Notes: generated from the sequence alone by a model not told the origin. A stretch of DNA of 64,000 nt from an uncultured Olsenella sp. (GCA_949287335.1 CASEGE010000150.1:12913-76912), one strand, 5' to 3'; shown: positions 11,130 to 21,146, counted from the first letter of the stretch. A program made the numbers and translations.

Positions 11130-13226
11130 CTACTTCTTCCTTGAGAGCGCGCTAAAGTCGGCCACGCCCACGAAGACTTCAACGAAGCGGTTGAGCAGAC
11201 GCAGGCGGTTCTCCCTTACAGCAGTATCGTCATCCATGACAAGCACATCATCAAAGAATCGGTCGATGGGGGTCTTAAGTTCGGCAAGTGCGGAGAGCGC
11301 ACCCGAGAAGTCCTTGCCCTCGAGCGCCCCCGCGACCTTGTCGGCGCCAACGGAGCACGCCTCGAGAAGGGCGCGCTCGGCATCGCCGAGCAGCGACTCG
11401 TTGACCTTGGAGCCGAGCGAGGCATCCGTGAGGTGGGCGGCGCGGGCATAGGCCTGCGCGAGGTCGTCGAAGGTCTCCCTGTCCTCGCGGCGCGCATCCT
11501 CGAGCGCATGGGCGCGGGCCAGGTACTCGCCCGGGTCGATGACGCCGACGGCGCTCACGGCCTCAACGGTGTCGGGCGAGATGGACTCGTCGCGCGCGAT
11601 GGTGGCGAGGCGGCCCTGGAAGAACTTCACCACGGCCTTGGAGACGGCCTCCATGTCAAACTCGAGACCCTGCGCGGCGTAGGCGCCGAGCGAGAGCCCG
11701 ATGAGGGAGCGCAGGTCACAGCCGGGGAGCGTGCGCAGCATGGCAATGATGCCGATGGCGGCGCGGCGCACCGCGTAGGGGTCGGACGAGCCGGTGGGCG
11801 GCTCGTCAATGGCAAAGATGCCGCACACCGTGTCGAGCTTGTCCGCAATGGCAACGCAGCGGCCGCAGGTGCCGGAGGGCAGCTCGTCTCCGGCGAAGCG
11901 GGGGCGGTAGTGCTCGCGAATGGCGGCGCAGACCTCGTCGCTCTCCCCCGCAGCGGCAGCGTAGTACCCGCCCATGACGCCCTGCTGGTTGGTAAACTCG
12001 ACCACGGCCTGGGAGACGAGGTCGGCCTTGGCGAGGTGCGCGGCACGCGTGGCGGCTGCGACGCCGGACTCGTCCTGGCCCGCCTGCTTGGCAACAACCG
12101 CGGCAAGCCCCTCCATGCGCTCGACCTTCTGCAGCATGGTGCCCAGGCGCTCCTGGAAGGTCACCGTGCCCAGGCGCTCGACGAAGTCCTCCATCGGGCG
12201 CTTGAGGTCCTCGTCGTAGAAGAACTTCGCATCGTCGAGACGGGCGCGCACGACCTTCTCGTTGCCCGCGATGACGGTGGCGGAGACGCGCGGGTCGGCG
12301 TTGGAGACCACGACAAACTCGCGCGTGAGCGCACCGGAGGCGTCATAGACCGGGAAGTAGCGCTGGTTAGAGAGCATGGACTCGCAGATGATCTCGTGCG
12401 GGACGGCGAGAAACTCCTCGTCAAAGGTGCCCACGAGCACGGTGGGCCACTCGCAGAGGTTCACCACCTCGTCGAAGATGCGCTTGGGCGTGTCAACGTG
12501 CGCCCCTCCGCGCTCGGCCTCCACCTGCGCGATGCCGGCACGGATGGCCTCGGCGCGACGCTCGGCGGAGAGCACGAAGGCGTCCTCGAGCACGCGCTCG
12601 TAGTCGGACGCGTTGGCAACGACGTGATCGCCGGGGGCAAGGACGCGATGGCCGCGGGTCACGTTGCCGCTCGTGACGTCCGCATAGGAGACGGGAACGA
12701 CCTCGCCGCCGAGAAGGGCGCAGATCCAGCGAATGGGACGAACGAAGGTCTGGTGCGTCGAGCCCCAGCGCTGGCTGCGGTAGTTGGGCCACTCGAGCGA
12801 GGCGATGACGCGCTCGGAGAGGGCGGTGAGGATGGGCGCGGCGGGCACTGACGGCACGCTGCGCTCGGCGAAGACGTACTCGCGGCCGTCGGCATCGACG
12901 CGTCGCACGAGCTGGCTGGGGTCGATGCCGCACTTGCGGGCAAATCCGGCGGCAGCCTTGGTGGGCTCCCCCGCCTCGTCGAAGGCGATGTTGGCGGCGG
13001 GTCCGCGACGGACCTCGTGGACCTCGTCGGTTGCCGTGGCAACGTCGGCAACGAGCGCCGCGAGACGGCGCGGCGTGGAGATGACGCGCACCTCGCCATG
13101 GGGCAGCCCCGCCTCGTCAAGGCCTGCGGAGACGAGCTTGCCCAGCTGGCCGGCAGCGTTCATGAGCGGCGCCGAGGGCATCTCCTCGGTGCCGATCTCG
13201 AGCAGGAAGTCACGGGTGTCTGCCAT
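11130..13226 (-). CDS. glyS: Glycine-tRNA ligase beta subunit
   Basis: Motifs FLLEIGTEEMP, TPRRLA, FVRPIRW, GNEKVVRARLDDAKFF, PTGSSDPYAVRR and FFDDVLVM...RENRL. Confidence 0.96.
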   Translation of the reverse strand: MADTRDFLLEIGTEEMPSAPLMNAAGQLGKLVSAGLDEAGLPHGEVRVISTPRRLAALVADVATATDEVHEVRRGPAANIAFDEAGEPTKAAAGFARKCGIDPSQLVRRVDADGREYVFAERSVPSVPAAPILTALSERVIASLEWPNYRSQRWGSTHQTFVRPIRWICALLGGEVVPVSYADVTSGNVTRGHRVLAPGDHVVANASDYERVLEDAFVLSAERRAEAIRAGIAQVEAERGGAHVDTPKRIFDEVVNLCEWPTVLVGTFDEEFLAVPHEIICESMLSNQRYFPVYDASGALTREFVVVSNADPRVSATVIAGNEKVVRARLDDAKFFYDEDLKRPMEDFVERLGTVTFQERLGTMLQKVERMEGLAAVVAKQAGQDESGVAAATRAAHLAKADLVSQAVVEFTNQQGVMGGYYAAAAGESDEVCAAIREHYRPRFAGDELPSGTCGRCVAIADKLDTVCGIFAIDEPPTGSSDPYAVRRAAIGIIAMLRTLPGCDLRSLIGLSLGAYAAQGLEFDMEAVSKAVVKFFQGRLATIARDESISPDTVEAVSAVGVIDPGEYLARAHALEDARREDRETFDDLAQAYARAAHLTDASLGSKVNESLLGDAERALLEACSVGADKVAGALEGKDFSGALSALAELKTPIDRFFDDVLVMDDDTAVRENRLRLLNRFVEVFVGVADFSALSRKK

Positions 13227-14138
13227 CTAGGCCACCTCCCCCTTCTTGGCGTCACCATCGGTCTTGCCCGCCACCTCGGCGAGGTAGCACTCGCAGCAGA
13301 GCTTGGCGATGGTGCGAACGCGCAGGATGTAGTTGGCGCGCTCGGTGGCCGAGATCGCGCCGCGGGCGTCGAGCAGGTTGAAGGCGTGGGAGCACTTCAT
13401 CACGCAGTCGTAGGCGGGGAGCGGGAGCTTGCGCTCGAGGCAGGAGTGGCACTCGCGCTCGTAGTCGTCGAACTTCTCGCGCATCATCTCGACGTTGGCG
13501 ACCTCGAAGTTGTACGCGGAGAACTCGCGCTCGTTCTCGAGGAAGACGTCGCCGTAGGTCATGGGCGTGCCGTCGGGCAGGTAGCTCCAGATGAGGTCGA
13601 AGACGGAGTCGACGCCCTGGATGTACATGGCGATGCGCTCGAGGCCGTAGGTGATCTCGACGGGGACCGGGTCGACCTCGATGCCGCCCACCTGCTGGAA
13701 GTACGTGTACTGCGTGACCTCCATGCCGTCCATCCAGACCTCCCAGCCAAGGCCCCAGGCGCCCAGCGTCGGGCTCTCCCAGTCGTCCTCGACGAAGCGG
13801 ACGTCATGCTCGTTTGGATCGAGGCCGATCGCGGCAAGCGAGCCGAGGTAGAGGTCCTGCGAGTCGGCGGGGCACGGCTTCAGGATGACCTGGAACTGAT
13901 AGTAGTGCTGCATGCGGTTGGGGTTCTCGCCGTAGCGACCGTCCGCGGGACGGCGGCAGGGCTGTGGGTAGCAGGTGCGCCAGGCGCCCGGGCCAAGGGA
14001 GCGCAGGGTCGTTGCCGTGTGGAACGTGCCCGCGCCAACCTCGGAGTCATAGGGCTGCATGATGGTGCATCCCTGCTCGGCCCAATAGTGCTCGAGCGCG
14101 AGGATCATGTCCTGGAACGTGAGAACGTTGTCGTTCAT
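13227..14138 (-). CDS. glyQ: Glycine-tRNA ligase alpha subunit
   Basis: Motifs [45 protein letters not shown] and EITYGLER. Confidence 0.97.
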   Translation of the reverse strand: MNDNVLTFQDMILALEHYWAEQGCTIMQPYDSEVGAGTFHTATTLRSLGPGAWRTCYPQPCRRPADGRYGENPNRMQHYYQFQVILKPCPADSQDLYLGSLAAIGLDPNEHDVRFVEDDWESPTLGAWGLGWEVWMDGMEVTQYTYFQQVGGIEVDPVPVEITYGLERIAMYIQGVDSVFDLIWSYLPDGTPMTYGDVFLENEREFSAYNFEVANVEMMREKFDDYERECHSCLERKLPLPAYDCVMKCSHAFNLLDARGAISATERANYILRVRTIAKLCCECYLAEVAGKTDGDAKKGEVA

Positions 14139-14167
14139 GGTCGTCCTTCTCTCGTCTCGCAGGGGCG

Positions 14168-14755
14168 CTACAGGGCGCCGACGTGCGAGAGCGGCCAATA
14201 GATGAAAAGCACCTTCGATGTTACGTCATCGACCGAGACCGGGCCAAAGAAACGCGAGTCCTTTGAGTTGGTCCTGTTGTCCCCCATCACCCAGATGGTA
14301 CCCTCGGGCACCGTGTAGGGGTAGGAGATTCCCGCAGATCCCGGGTACTCGGAGAGCGACTCGGTGGGCCTGCCCTCCGTGTACGGCTCGTCGAGAGCCG
14401 CCCCGTCAACGTAGACGACGCCGTCGACGAGGTCAATGGTCTGACCCCCAACGGCAACAACCCGCTTGACGAGAATGTCACCCTCGTCGAGAGGGCTCTC
14501 GAAGGTCACCACGTCGCCCGCGCTGGGTCCGTCAAAGTTCAGGGTAACCATCTCGCCGAGGATGAGGTCCCCCTCGTGGATGGTGTTGAGCATGGACCCA
14601 GAGGGCACGTAGAAGACGCCGATGACAAAGAATCGCAGAAGGAGCGCGACGCCCAGGCCTGCGAGAATGCCGCCGATGGGCCACGGGAGGCGCCAGCGGC
14701 GACGCCTGCCGTCTTGGGCGGAGGCGTCGTGACGGGGGACGTGAGTGCCGTTCAT
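14168..14755 (-). CDS. lepB: Signal peptidase I
   Basis: TM helix plus motifs VPSGSM, LVKRV and [15 protein letters not shown]. Confidence 0.93.
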   Translation of the reverse strand: MNGTHVPRHDASAQDGRRRRWRLPWPIGGILAGLGVALLLRFFVIGVFYVPSGSMLNTIHEGDLILGEMVTLNFDGPSAGDVVTFESPLDEGDILVKRVVAVGGQTIDLVDGVVYVDGAALDEPYTEGRPTESLSEYPGSAGISYPYTVPEGTIWVMGDNRTNSKDSRFFGPVSVDDVTSKVLFIYWPLSHVGAL

Positions 14756-15507
14756 CGACGCTCCCCCTCCCCTTTGCCCTGGGCGATGATCCCGAGCGCC
14801 CTGGCGCGCTCCTCGTCAGAGAGCGGCGCGGTCTCGATGAGGTCCGGCCTCCAGAGCGCCGTGCGCTCGATGGCGTTTGACCTGCGCCACGCGTCCACGC
14901 GCGCGTGGTCGCCCGAGAGCAGGACCTCGGGAACGTCCATGCCACGATAGCTCGCCGGCCTCGTGTACTGCGCGTACTCGAGAAGACCGGCTTGCGAGAA
15001 GGACTCGTCAACGGCGGAGAGCTCGTCTCCCAGCGCGCCGGGGAGGAGCCGCACCACGGCATCGATGACCACCATGGCCGCGAGCTCGCCGCCCGTGAGG
15101 ACGTAGTCCCCTATCGAGAGCACGTCGTCGGCAAGGGTGTAGACGCGCTCGTCAATGCCCTCGTAGCGTCCGCAGACGAAGAGTATTCGCTCCTCGCGGG
15201 AGAGCCGCTCGGCCACGCGCTGGTCGAAGCGCTCGCCACAAGGCGAGAAGAACACCACGTGAGGGGGCTTCTCGCCGCGCGCGGAGAGGTCGTCGAGCGC
15301 CTCGAAGATGGGGGCGGGCTTCATGAGCATGCCCTGCCCGCCACCAAAGGGGGCGTCGTCCACCGTACGATGGCGGTCGTGGGTCCAGTCGCGCAGGTCG
15401 TGGGCCTCAAACGAGAAGATGCCCGCACGCTGCGCGCGCCCGAGGATCGAGGCGTCGAGATAGGGCGAGAAGACCTCGGGAAAGACGGAGAGCGCCTCGA
15501 AGATCAT
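14752..15507 (-). CDS. trmD: tRNA (guanine37-N1) methyltransferase
   Basis: Motifs VDDAPFGGGQGM, CGRYEGIDER, SIGDYVLTGGE and VPEVLLSGDH. Confidence 0.96.
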   Translation of the reverse strand: MIFEALSVFPEVFSPYLDASILGRAQRAGIFSFEAHDLRDWTHDRHRTVDDAPFGGGQGMLMKPAPIFEALDDLSARGEKPPHVVFFSPCGERFDQRVAERLSREERILFVCGRYEGIDERVYTLADDVLSIGDYVLTGGELAAMVVIDAVVRLLPGALGDELSAVDESFSQAGLLEYAQYTRPASYRGMDVPEVLLSGDHARVDAWRRSNAIERTALWRPDLIETAPLSDEERARALGIIAQGKGEGERR

Positions 15508-16031
15508 GGGCGGCACCTCTCCCACTCAAGCCCCGCCGGGATGTTGACGGGGATGGCGCCCTTCTCGGGAACGCGGGCAACGACCTCGTCCACAACGGGA
15601 ACCAGCACCTCGAGGTCCTTGTCGCGAAGCACCCAGACGTCGTTTGCGGGCCCCGAGAGCACCTCGGAGATGACGCCCGAGCGACCGCCCCTCACGTCAA
15701 CCACCTCGCGTCCCACGAGGCGCTCGCGGTCGTGCAGGGCAAGATCGGAGGGAAGGTCCTGCTCGCGGGCGAGAAGGTAGGTGCCGACGAGGGCCTCGGC
15801 ATCGCCGAGCTCGGAGACGCCCGAGAGAGCCGTGAGGGTTCCGGAGCGGTCGTCACTCGTGGCGGAGGTGACGGTGTGCCAGCGGCTGCCCTTGAGCGCC
15901 GGGGGAACCACGGCCACCTCGAGCCCCGCGCGCACAAGTGAGGGAAGGCCGTGGACGGGAACCGTCACGACCTCCCCTTTTCTCCCATGGGGCTTTGCCA
16001 CACGGGCTATGCAGCGATAGCGGACGCGCAT
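15504..16031 (-). CDS. rimM: 16S rRNA processing factor RimM
   Basis: Motifs IARVAKPHGRKGEV, ANDVWV and LVPVV; lies in the rpsP-khpA-rimM-trmD operon. Confidence 0.85.
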   Translation of the reverse strand: MRVRYRCIARVAKPHGRKGEVVTVPVHGLPSLVRAGLEVAVVPPALKGSRWHTVTSATSDDRSGTLTALSGVSELGDAEALVGTYLLAREQDLPSDLALHDRERLVGREVVDVRGGRSGVISEVLSGPANDVWVLRDKDLEVLVPVVDEVVARVPEKGAIPVNIPAGLEWERCRP

Positions 16032-16037
16032 CAGACG

Positions 16038-16328
16038 CTAGCCTACGACCTCAACCTCGACAGAGGTGCCAACGCGCTGCCCGAGGGCGCGCGCGAGCGT
16101 GCGGATCGCCTTGATGGTGCGACCCTTGCGCCCGATGACCCTGCCGGCGTCCTCCTCGGAGCAGCTCACCTCAATGAGCGCGCCCTCCTCGGAGTCGGTC
16201 ACGTCAAGCGAGACGGACGTCTCGTCGTCAACGAGACCGCAGACGATGTACTCCACGAGATCGGCGACCTTGTCGGAGGGCAGCTCCTGCCCCTCAGTCT
16301 CCACGAGACCGCTTTCCTGGGTCCCCAT
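16038..16328 (-). CDS. khpA: KH-domain RNA-binding protein KhpA
   Basis: Motif DAGRVIGRKGRTIKAIRTL; synteny with rpsP. Confidence 0.88.
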   Translation of the reverse strand: MGTQESGLVETEGQELPSDKVADLVEYIVCGLVDDETSVSLDVTDSEEGALIEVSCSEEDAGRVIGRKGRTIKAIRTLARALGQRVGTSVEVEVVG

Positions 16329-16336
16329 CGTGGGGC

Positions 16337-16675
16337 CTACTCGGCGTCGGCAGCCTCGGCAGCGGCCTCGGCGGCAGCGGCGGCCTTGGCGGCAGCCTTC
16401 TTCGAGATCTTGGTCTTCTTCTCGACGACGGGCTGGCCGTTCCTGGCAACGTCAATGAGGTGGGCAACGGCGTTGGTGGGCTGGGCGCCCTTGGAGACCC
16501 ACTCGTCAACCTTCTCGAGGTTGATGTCGATGACCTTCGGGTTGGTCAGCGGGTTGTAGCGGCCGACCTCCTCGATGTAGCGGCCGTCACGCGGCATGCG
16601 GCCGTCGGCGACGACGACGCGGTAGTACGGACGCTTCTTGGCACCGTGACGGGCCAGGCGAATCTTGACTGCCAA
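16337..16675 (-). CDS. rpsP: 30S ribosomal protein S16
   Basis: (M)[23 protein letters not shown]...RDGRYIE..G.YNP...GAQP. TTG start follows AAGGAG. Ala/Lys-rich tail. Confidence 0.96.
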   Translation of the reverse strand: MAVKIRLARHGAKKRPYYRVVVADGRMPRDGRYIEEVGRYNPLTNPKVIDINLEKVDEWVSKGAQPTNAVAHLIDVARNGQPVVEKKTKISKKAAAKAAAAAEAAAEAADAE

Positions 16676-16823
16676 TGAAAACTCCTTCAGACGTGCGGTG
16701 CGCGTGGTAATGGTGGGGTGGCCGCACCGCTTGACCACAAACAGCTATTCATCATACGACTCTTTAATCTGGCCGCAAGGTGCTGATTTTGTGAACGCAC
16801 GTGCGTGGCTTCAAGGTATCGCT

Positions 16824-16859
16824 GAACTTCAGTAGAAATTCAGCCCCGATGGGTAGGAT
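16824..16859 (+). promoter_or_regulatory. Putative OmpR-type tandem operator and -10 upstream of the two-component operon
   Basis: GAACTTCAG (16824) and GAAATTCAG (16835), 11-bp period, then TAGGAT at 16854-16859. Confidence 0.45.
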
Positions 16860-16911
16860 ACCTGCCATGAACGGGCATGAACCATGCCCCCGAAGCAGGT
16901 AAGGAGCATCC

Positions 16912-17586
16912 GTGAACATTCTAGTTGTTGAGGACGAGCGCAACCTCGCAGACGCGATCGTGCACATCATCGAGGCTGACTCCCAGCACGCCGAGGCCGT
17001 CTACGATGGTCGGGCGGGCCTGAGGGCGGCGCTCTCCGGCAGGTTCGACGCCGTGATCATGGACGTGATGCTGCCGGGCATGAACGGAAACGACGTCGTC
17101 CACGAGATTCGCCGCCAGGGTGTTTCGATCCCCGTGCTCATGCTCACGGCGCGCACCTCGACGAGCGACAAGGTCACCGGCCTTGACGCCGGCGCGGACG
17201 ACTACATGACGAAGCCCTTCGAGGCCCCCGAGCTTCTCGCCCGCCTGCGCGCCCTCACGCGCCGACGCGGCGACGTGCTTCTCGACGAGGTGAGCTTTGC
17301 CGACGTGCGCCTTGACCTCTCCACGCACGACCTCACCTGCGGCGACTCCACCGTCCACCTCTCGGGCAAGGAGTTTGAGGTGATGAGCATCCTCATGAGC
17401 TCGAACGCGCGCGTCGTGTCCAAGCATGACCTCCTCTCCCGCGTGTGGGCTGACTCCGAGGCCTCCGAGAACTCCGTCGAGGCGTACATCTCCTTCCTCC
17501 GCAAGAAGCTCGCGCACATTGGGTCCAAGGTGCAGATAACCACCCTGAGGATGCTCGGCTACCGCCTCGAGGTCCTCTCCGAGTAG
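16912..17586 (+). CDS. OmpR/PhoB family response regulator
   Basis: Motifs ILVVEDE, MDVMLPGMNG, LMLTA, GLDAGADDYMTKPF and wHTH VEAYISFLRKKL...GYRL. Confidence 0.93.
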   Translation: MNILVVEDERNLADAIVHIIEADSQHAEAVYDGRAGLRAALSGRFDAVIMDVMLPGMNGNDVVHEIRRQGVSIPVLMLTARTSTSDKVTGLDAGADDYMTKPFEAPELLARLRALTRRRGDVLLDEVSFADVRLDLSTHDLTCGDSTVHLSGKEFEVMSILMSSNARVVSKHDLLSRVWADSEASENSVEAYISFLRKKLAHIGSKVQITTLRMLGYRLEVLSE

Positions 17587-17595
17587 GGAGCGCGC

Positions 17596-18825
17596 ATGCT
17601 CAGGCGCCTGCGCAGGAAGTTCATCGCGATAACCATGCTGCTGGTGGGGCTCGTGCTCGCCGGCGTGCTTGGGTCCACGCTCCTCTCGAGCGCGATGATG
17701 GAGCGGACGATGACGCTCGAGATCTTGCAGCGCGCCATCGAGGGGCAGATAGAAGACGTCCGCCTCGGCGACACCTCCAGCGCACAGGGCACGGACCTCC
17801 TGCTCGCCGTCGTGGTGGAGGTGACGCCAGACGGAACCCCCTACGCGGGCTATGGAAACAGCGCCATCGAGGTGTCGGACGACATGCTCCAAGGTGTCAT
17901 TCTCGACGCGCTGAGCAGCTCCGAGAGCGCGGGAAAGTGCTCGGACTACCACATTGCCTGGATGAAGACCCAGACGCCCTGGGGCTGGCGCATCGCCCTC
18001 GTTGACACCTACTCCCGCGCCTCCAGCCTGCGCGTGCAGGCGCTCACGAGCCTGGGCATCTTCGTGGTCTCCATGGGCGCCCTCTTCGTCATCTCCTACC
18101 TGCTCTCGGGCTGGGTGGTCCGCCCGGTGGCCAAGGCGTGGGAGCGACAGCAGCGCTTTGTGTCCGATGCGTCCCACGAGCTCAAGACGCCGCTTGCGGT
18201 CATTCTCGCGAACACGCAGATCCTAGAGGGCGCTGACGGCATACCCGAGGACGCCCGGCGCTGGATCTTGAGCACCTCCGACGAGGCCAACCACATGAAG
18301 GGGCTTGTCGAGGACCTGCTCACCCTCGCGCGCGCCGACGAGCAGGCGGCCACCTCGACGCCGGCGAGCAGGGACCTCAAGAGCGTCGACGTGAGCGAGC
18401 TCGTCTCGCGCTGCGCGCTCGAGTTCGACGCGGTGGCCTTCGAGCGGGGGTGCACGGTGGAGTGCGAGCTCGAGAAGGGCGTGCACGCCCGCGCGGACGA
18501 GGAGGCGCTGCGTCGCGCCGTGAGGACGCTGCTCGACAACGCGACGAAGTACGCGCAAGAGGGGACGCCCGTCACCGTGCGGCTGGAAACCGAGGGGCGT
18601 CGCGTGCGCCTGAGCGTGAACAACCACGGGGAGACCATCTCGCGCGAGGACCTCGACCATATCTTCGACCGCTTCTACCGCACGGACGACGCGCGGGAGC
18701 GTCAGAGGAGCGGTGGCTTTGGGCTGGGGCTCGCCATTGCCAAGAGCCTCGTCGAGTCCATGGGCGGAAAGATCGCCGCAACCTCGAGCCCCACGTCCGG
18801 CACAACCTTCACCATCATCCTATAA
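17596..18825 (+). CDS. Sensor histidine kinase
   Basis: Two TM helices plus FVSDASHELKTPL, LLDNATKY, IFDRFYR and GGFGLGLAI. Confidence 0.93.
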   Translation: MLRRLRRKFIAITMLLVGLVLAGVLGSTLLSSAMMERTMTLEILQRAIEGQIEDVRLGDTSSAQGTDLLLAVVVEVTPDGTPYAGYGNSAIEVSDDMLQGVILDALSSSESAGKCSDYHIAWMKTQTPWGWRIALVDTYSRASSLRVQALTSLGIFVVSMGALFVISYLLSGWVVRPVAKAWERQQRFVSDASHELKTPLAVILANTQILEGADGIPEDARRWILSTSDEANHMKGLVEDLLTLARADEQAATSTPASRDLKSVDVSELVSRCALEFDAVAFERGCTVECELEKGVHARADEEALRRAVRTLLDNATKYAQEGTPVTVRLETEGRRVRLSVNNHGETISREDLDHIFDRFYRTDDARERQRSGGFGLGLAIAKSLVESMGGKIAATSSPTSGTTFTIIL

Positions 18826-18832
18826 TCGAGGC

Positions 18833-20128
18833 ATGACACACACGCCTCGCAAAACTTGCCTAAATGGGGACGGGTACGTTTTAGGCATGTCCGGCGCCCT
18901 CGCCTGGGAGGGGCCCGCCGTGGGGCTGCTCGACCTCGACGCGTTCTTTGCCTCGGTCGAGCAGCTCGACCATCCCGAATGGCGCGGCAAGCCCGTCATT
19001 GTGGGCGGATCGGCCGACAGGCGGGGCGTGGTCTCCACGGCGTCCTACGAGGCCCGGAAGTTTGGCGTCCACTCCGCCATGCCCTCGGCCACGGCGGCGC
19101 GCCTCTGTCCCCAGGCCATCTGGACGCAGGGGCACTTCGACCGGTATCGCGAGGTAAGCGCACAGGTCATGGCCATCCTCGGGGCCGAGACCCCGCTCGT
19201 CGAGCAGGTCTCCATCGACGAGGCCTTCTTCGACGTCACGCCCGGACGCTACTCGCGCGAGAGCCCCGTGGACATATGCCGCCGCATTCAGCGCCGCGTG
19301 AGCGAGCTTGGGGTCACCTGCTCGATAGGCATTGGCGTCAACAAGACCGTCGCCAAGATCGCCTCGGAGCGCGAGAAGCCCCGTGGGCTTACCGTCGTCA
19401 TGCCCGGAACCGAGCGCGCGTTTCTCGCTCCCCTACCCGTCGGCGCCATGAGCGGGGTGGGGCCGGCAACCGAGGAGCGCCTGAGGAAGATGGGCATACG
19501 AACCCTCGGTGAGCTCTCACGCGCGGACGAGGGCGAGCTCGAGCGCGCCTTTGGCGTGCTGGGCCCTCGCATGGCGAGAAGAGCCGCGGGGCTTGAGCGC
19601 AGCGCGGTCGCCGAGGCAGCTGCCCCAGAGGAGGTGAAGTCCGTCTCCAACGAGAGGACCTTCTCGGAAGACCTTAAGTCTAAAGATGAGATTGAGGCTG
19701 CGATTCTCCATATCGCGGGCCTTGTGGGACATCGTCTGAGAAAGAAGGGGCTGAGCGGCTCAACCGTAACCCTCAAGCTTAAGTTTGACGTGAGCCATGC
19801 GCGCTCTGCCCAGCGCGCCATGCGAGCCCCCACGAGCGACGAGCGCGTATTTGGGAAGGTTGCCCTGGGGCTTCTTGACGAGATATGGAGTCCAGGCATG
19901 CAGGTGCGCCTCGTGGGCGTGGGAATATCGGGCTTCAACGGGGAGAGGCCCGCCCAGCTGGCACTTTTCGAGGAGGACGGTCAGGAGCCGGAGCGAGACC
20001 GCTCGGCGCTTGGGCGCGTCACGGACGCCCTGCGCGAGCGCTTTGGTGACGATGCCGTAAGCTATGGGCGCGACCTGCGCTTTCGCAGCAAGACATCCGA
20101 CACCGCCCCCATGCACAAGGATGCCTAA
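18833..20128 (+). CDS. dinB: DNA polymerase IV (Y family)
   Basis: Motifs LDLDAFFASVE, GVVSTASYEAR.FGVHSAMP, SIDEAF, AKIASE..KPRG, KSVSNERTF and VRLVGVG. Start is either 18833 (leaderless) or 18887. Confidence 0.93.
   Translation: MTHTPRKTCLNGDGYVLGMSGALAWEGPAVGLLDLDAFFASVEQLDHPEWRGKPVIVGGSADRRGVVSTASYEARKFGVHSAMPSATAARLCPQAIWTQGHFDRYREVSAQVMAILGAETPLVEQVSIDEAFFDVTPGRYSRESPVDICRRIQRRVSELGVTCSIGIGVNKTVAKIASEREKPRGLTVVMPGTERAFLAPLPVGAMSGVGPATEERLRKMGIRTLGELSRADEGELERAFGVLGPRMARRAAGLERSAVAEAAAPEEVKSVSNERTFSEDLKSKDEIEAAILHIAGLVGHRLRKKGLSGSTVTLKLKFDVSHARSAQRAMRAPTSDERVFGKVALGLLDEIWSPGMQVRLVGVGISGFNGERPAQLALFEEDGQEPERDRSALGRVTDALRERFGDDAVSYGRDLRFRSKTSDTAPMHKDA
18856..18888 (+). repeat. 33-bp REP-like hairpin, family B, copy 1
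   Basis: TTGCCTAAATGGGGACGGGTACGTTTTAGGCAT; related copies at 20121, 51301 and 51363. Confidence 0.88.
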
Positions 20129-20153
20129 AACGTACCCGTCCCCTTTTAGGCAA
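20121..20153 (-). repeat. 33-bp REP-like hairpin, family B, copy 2 (inverted)
   Basis: Reverse complement is TTGCCTAAAAGGGGACGGGTACGTTTTAGGCAT, 1 mismatch to copy 1. Contains the dinB and rsfS stop codons. Confidence 0.9.
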
Positions 20154-20502
20154 GGTCGAGGTCGATGCGGGGGGCGTCGCCCCAGAGGCGCTCGAGGCGG
20201 TAGTAGTCCCTGGTCTCGGGCTTGAACACGTGAACGACAACCGAACCGTAGTCAAGCAGGACCCAGGAGAGCCCCTCGCGACCCTCGCATGAGATCGGGG
20301 AGATGCCGCAGTTGGCGCTCACCTTAGCGCGAACCTCGTCGACGATCGCATCGACCTGACGCGAGTTCTCACCGTTGCAGATGAGAAAGTAGTCGCACAC
20401 GTCGGTCTTTGACGAGAGGTCGAGAAGGACGATGTCAGCTGCCTTCTTGGAGTCGGCGGCAAGCGCCGCGACCTTGGCGATCTCAAGCGAAGTCACACTC
20501 AT
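20146..20502 (-). CDS. rsfS: Ribosome silencing factor
   Basis: Motifs KKAADIVLLD, DYFLIC, RQVDAI and WVLLDYGSVVVHVF...RDYYRLERLW. Confidence 0.93.
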   Translation of the reverse strand: MSVTSLEIAKVAALAADSKKAADIVLLDLSSKTDVCDYFLICNGENSRQVDAIVDEVRAKVSANCGISPISCEGREGLSWVLLDYGSVVVHVFKPETRDYYRLERLWGDAPRIDLDLA

Positions 20503-20510
20503 GCAGTCTC

Positions 20511-21146
20511 CTAGCGATTCCATCTCGCCCGGCGAGAGGCGAGAGCGTTGTACGTGTCGATGGTACCCGGATAAAGGTACCTTCCCCCATTGAGAACATA
20601 GACGATACCACCAACGAACGACTCCCAAAACAGGTCGTCGAGCGAGGTCTTGCCCACCAGCGACCGAGACCGCTCGATGCCCGCGCTCGGCGCACGCAGG
20701 GGCTCGATGCCGTCTGCCACGAAGAGCACCTTGTCGAGGTCGTTCATGTCCGCGGAGGCAGAGGTGTGCACGGCGATGGCATGCCAGACAGCCGGGGGGA
20801 GCTCGGGGTAGCGCGCGGGAAGCACCCTCGAGGCAATGATCCCGTGGAGCAGCGAGTGCACGAGCTCGAGGTCGACGCCAAGGTCCACGCCAAGCTCACG
20901 CGCGTGCGAGAGCTGCTCGGAAACCGGCGAGGCCTTCTCCCAGTCGTGCAGGATGCCCGCCGCACGGGCGAGAAAGGGATCGACCCCGTAGATCACGGCA
21001 AGACGCTCGGCCGTCTTTGCCACGGAGAGCGAGTGGGCCAGTCGCCTCGGCTTCTTCGAAAGCTGCTCGGAGAGGTCGCGCTTGAGCCTGGCGAGAAGCG
21101 CCTCCTGCTCGGGCGTGTAGCGAACCTTGAGCTTCTTCTTGGCCAT
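20511..21146 (-). CDS. yqeK: YqeK family HD-domain Ap4A hydrolase
   Basis: Motifs RLAHSLSV, GILHDWEK, LLHG, AIAVHT and KVLFVADGIEP; lies between nadD and rsfS. Confidence 0.85.
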   Translation of the reverse strand: MAKKKLKVRYTPEQEALLARLKRDLSEQLSKKPRRLAHSLSVAKTAERLAVIYGVDPFLARAAGILHDWEKASPVSEQLSHARELGVDLGVDLELVHSLLHGIIASRVLPARYPELPPAVWHAIAVHTSASADMNDLDKVLFVADGIEPLRAPSAGIERSRSLVGKTSLDDLFWESFVGGIVYVLNGGRYLYPGTIDTYNALASRRARWNR

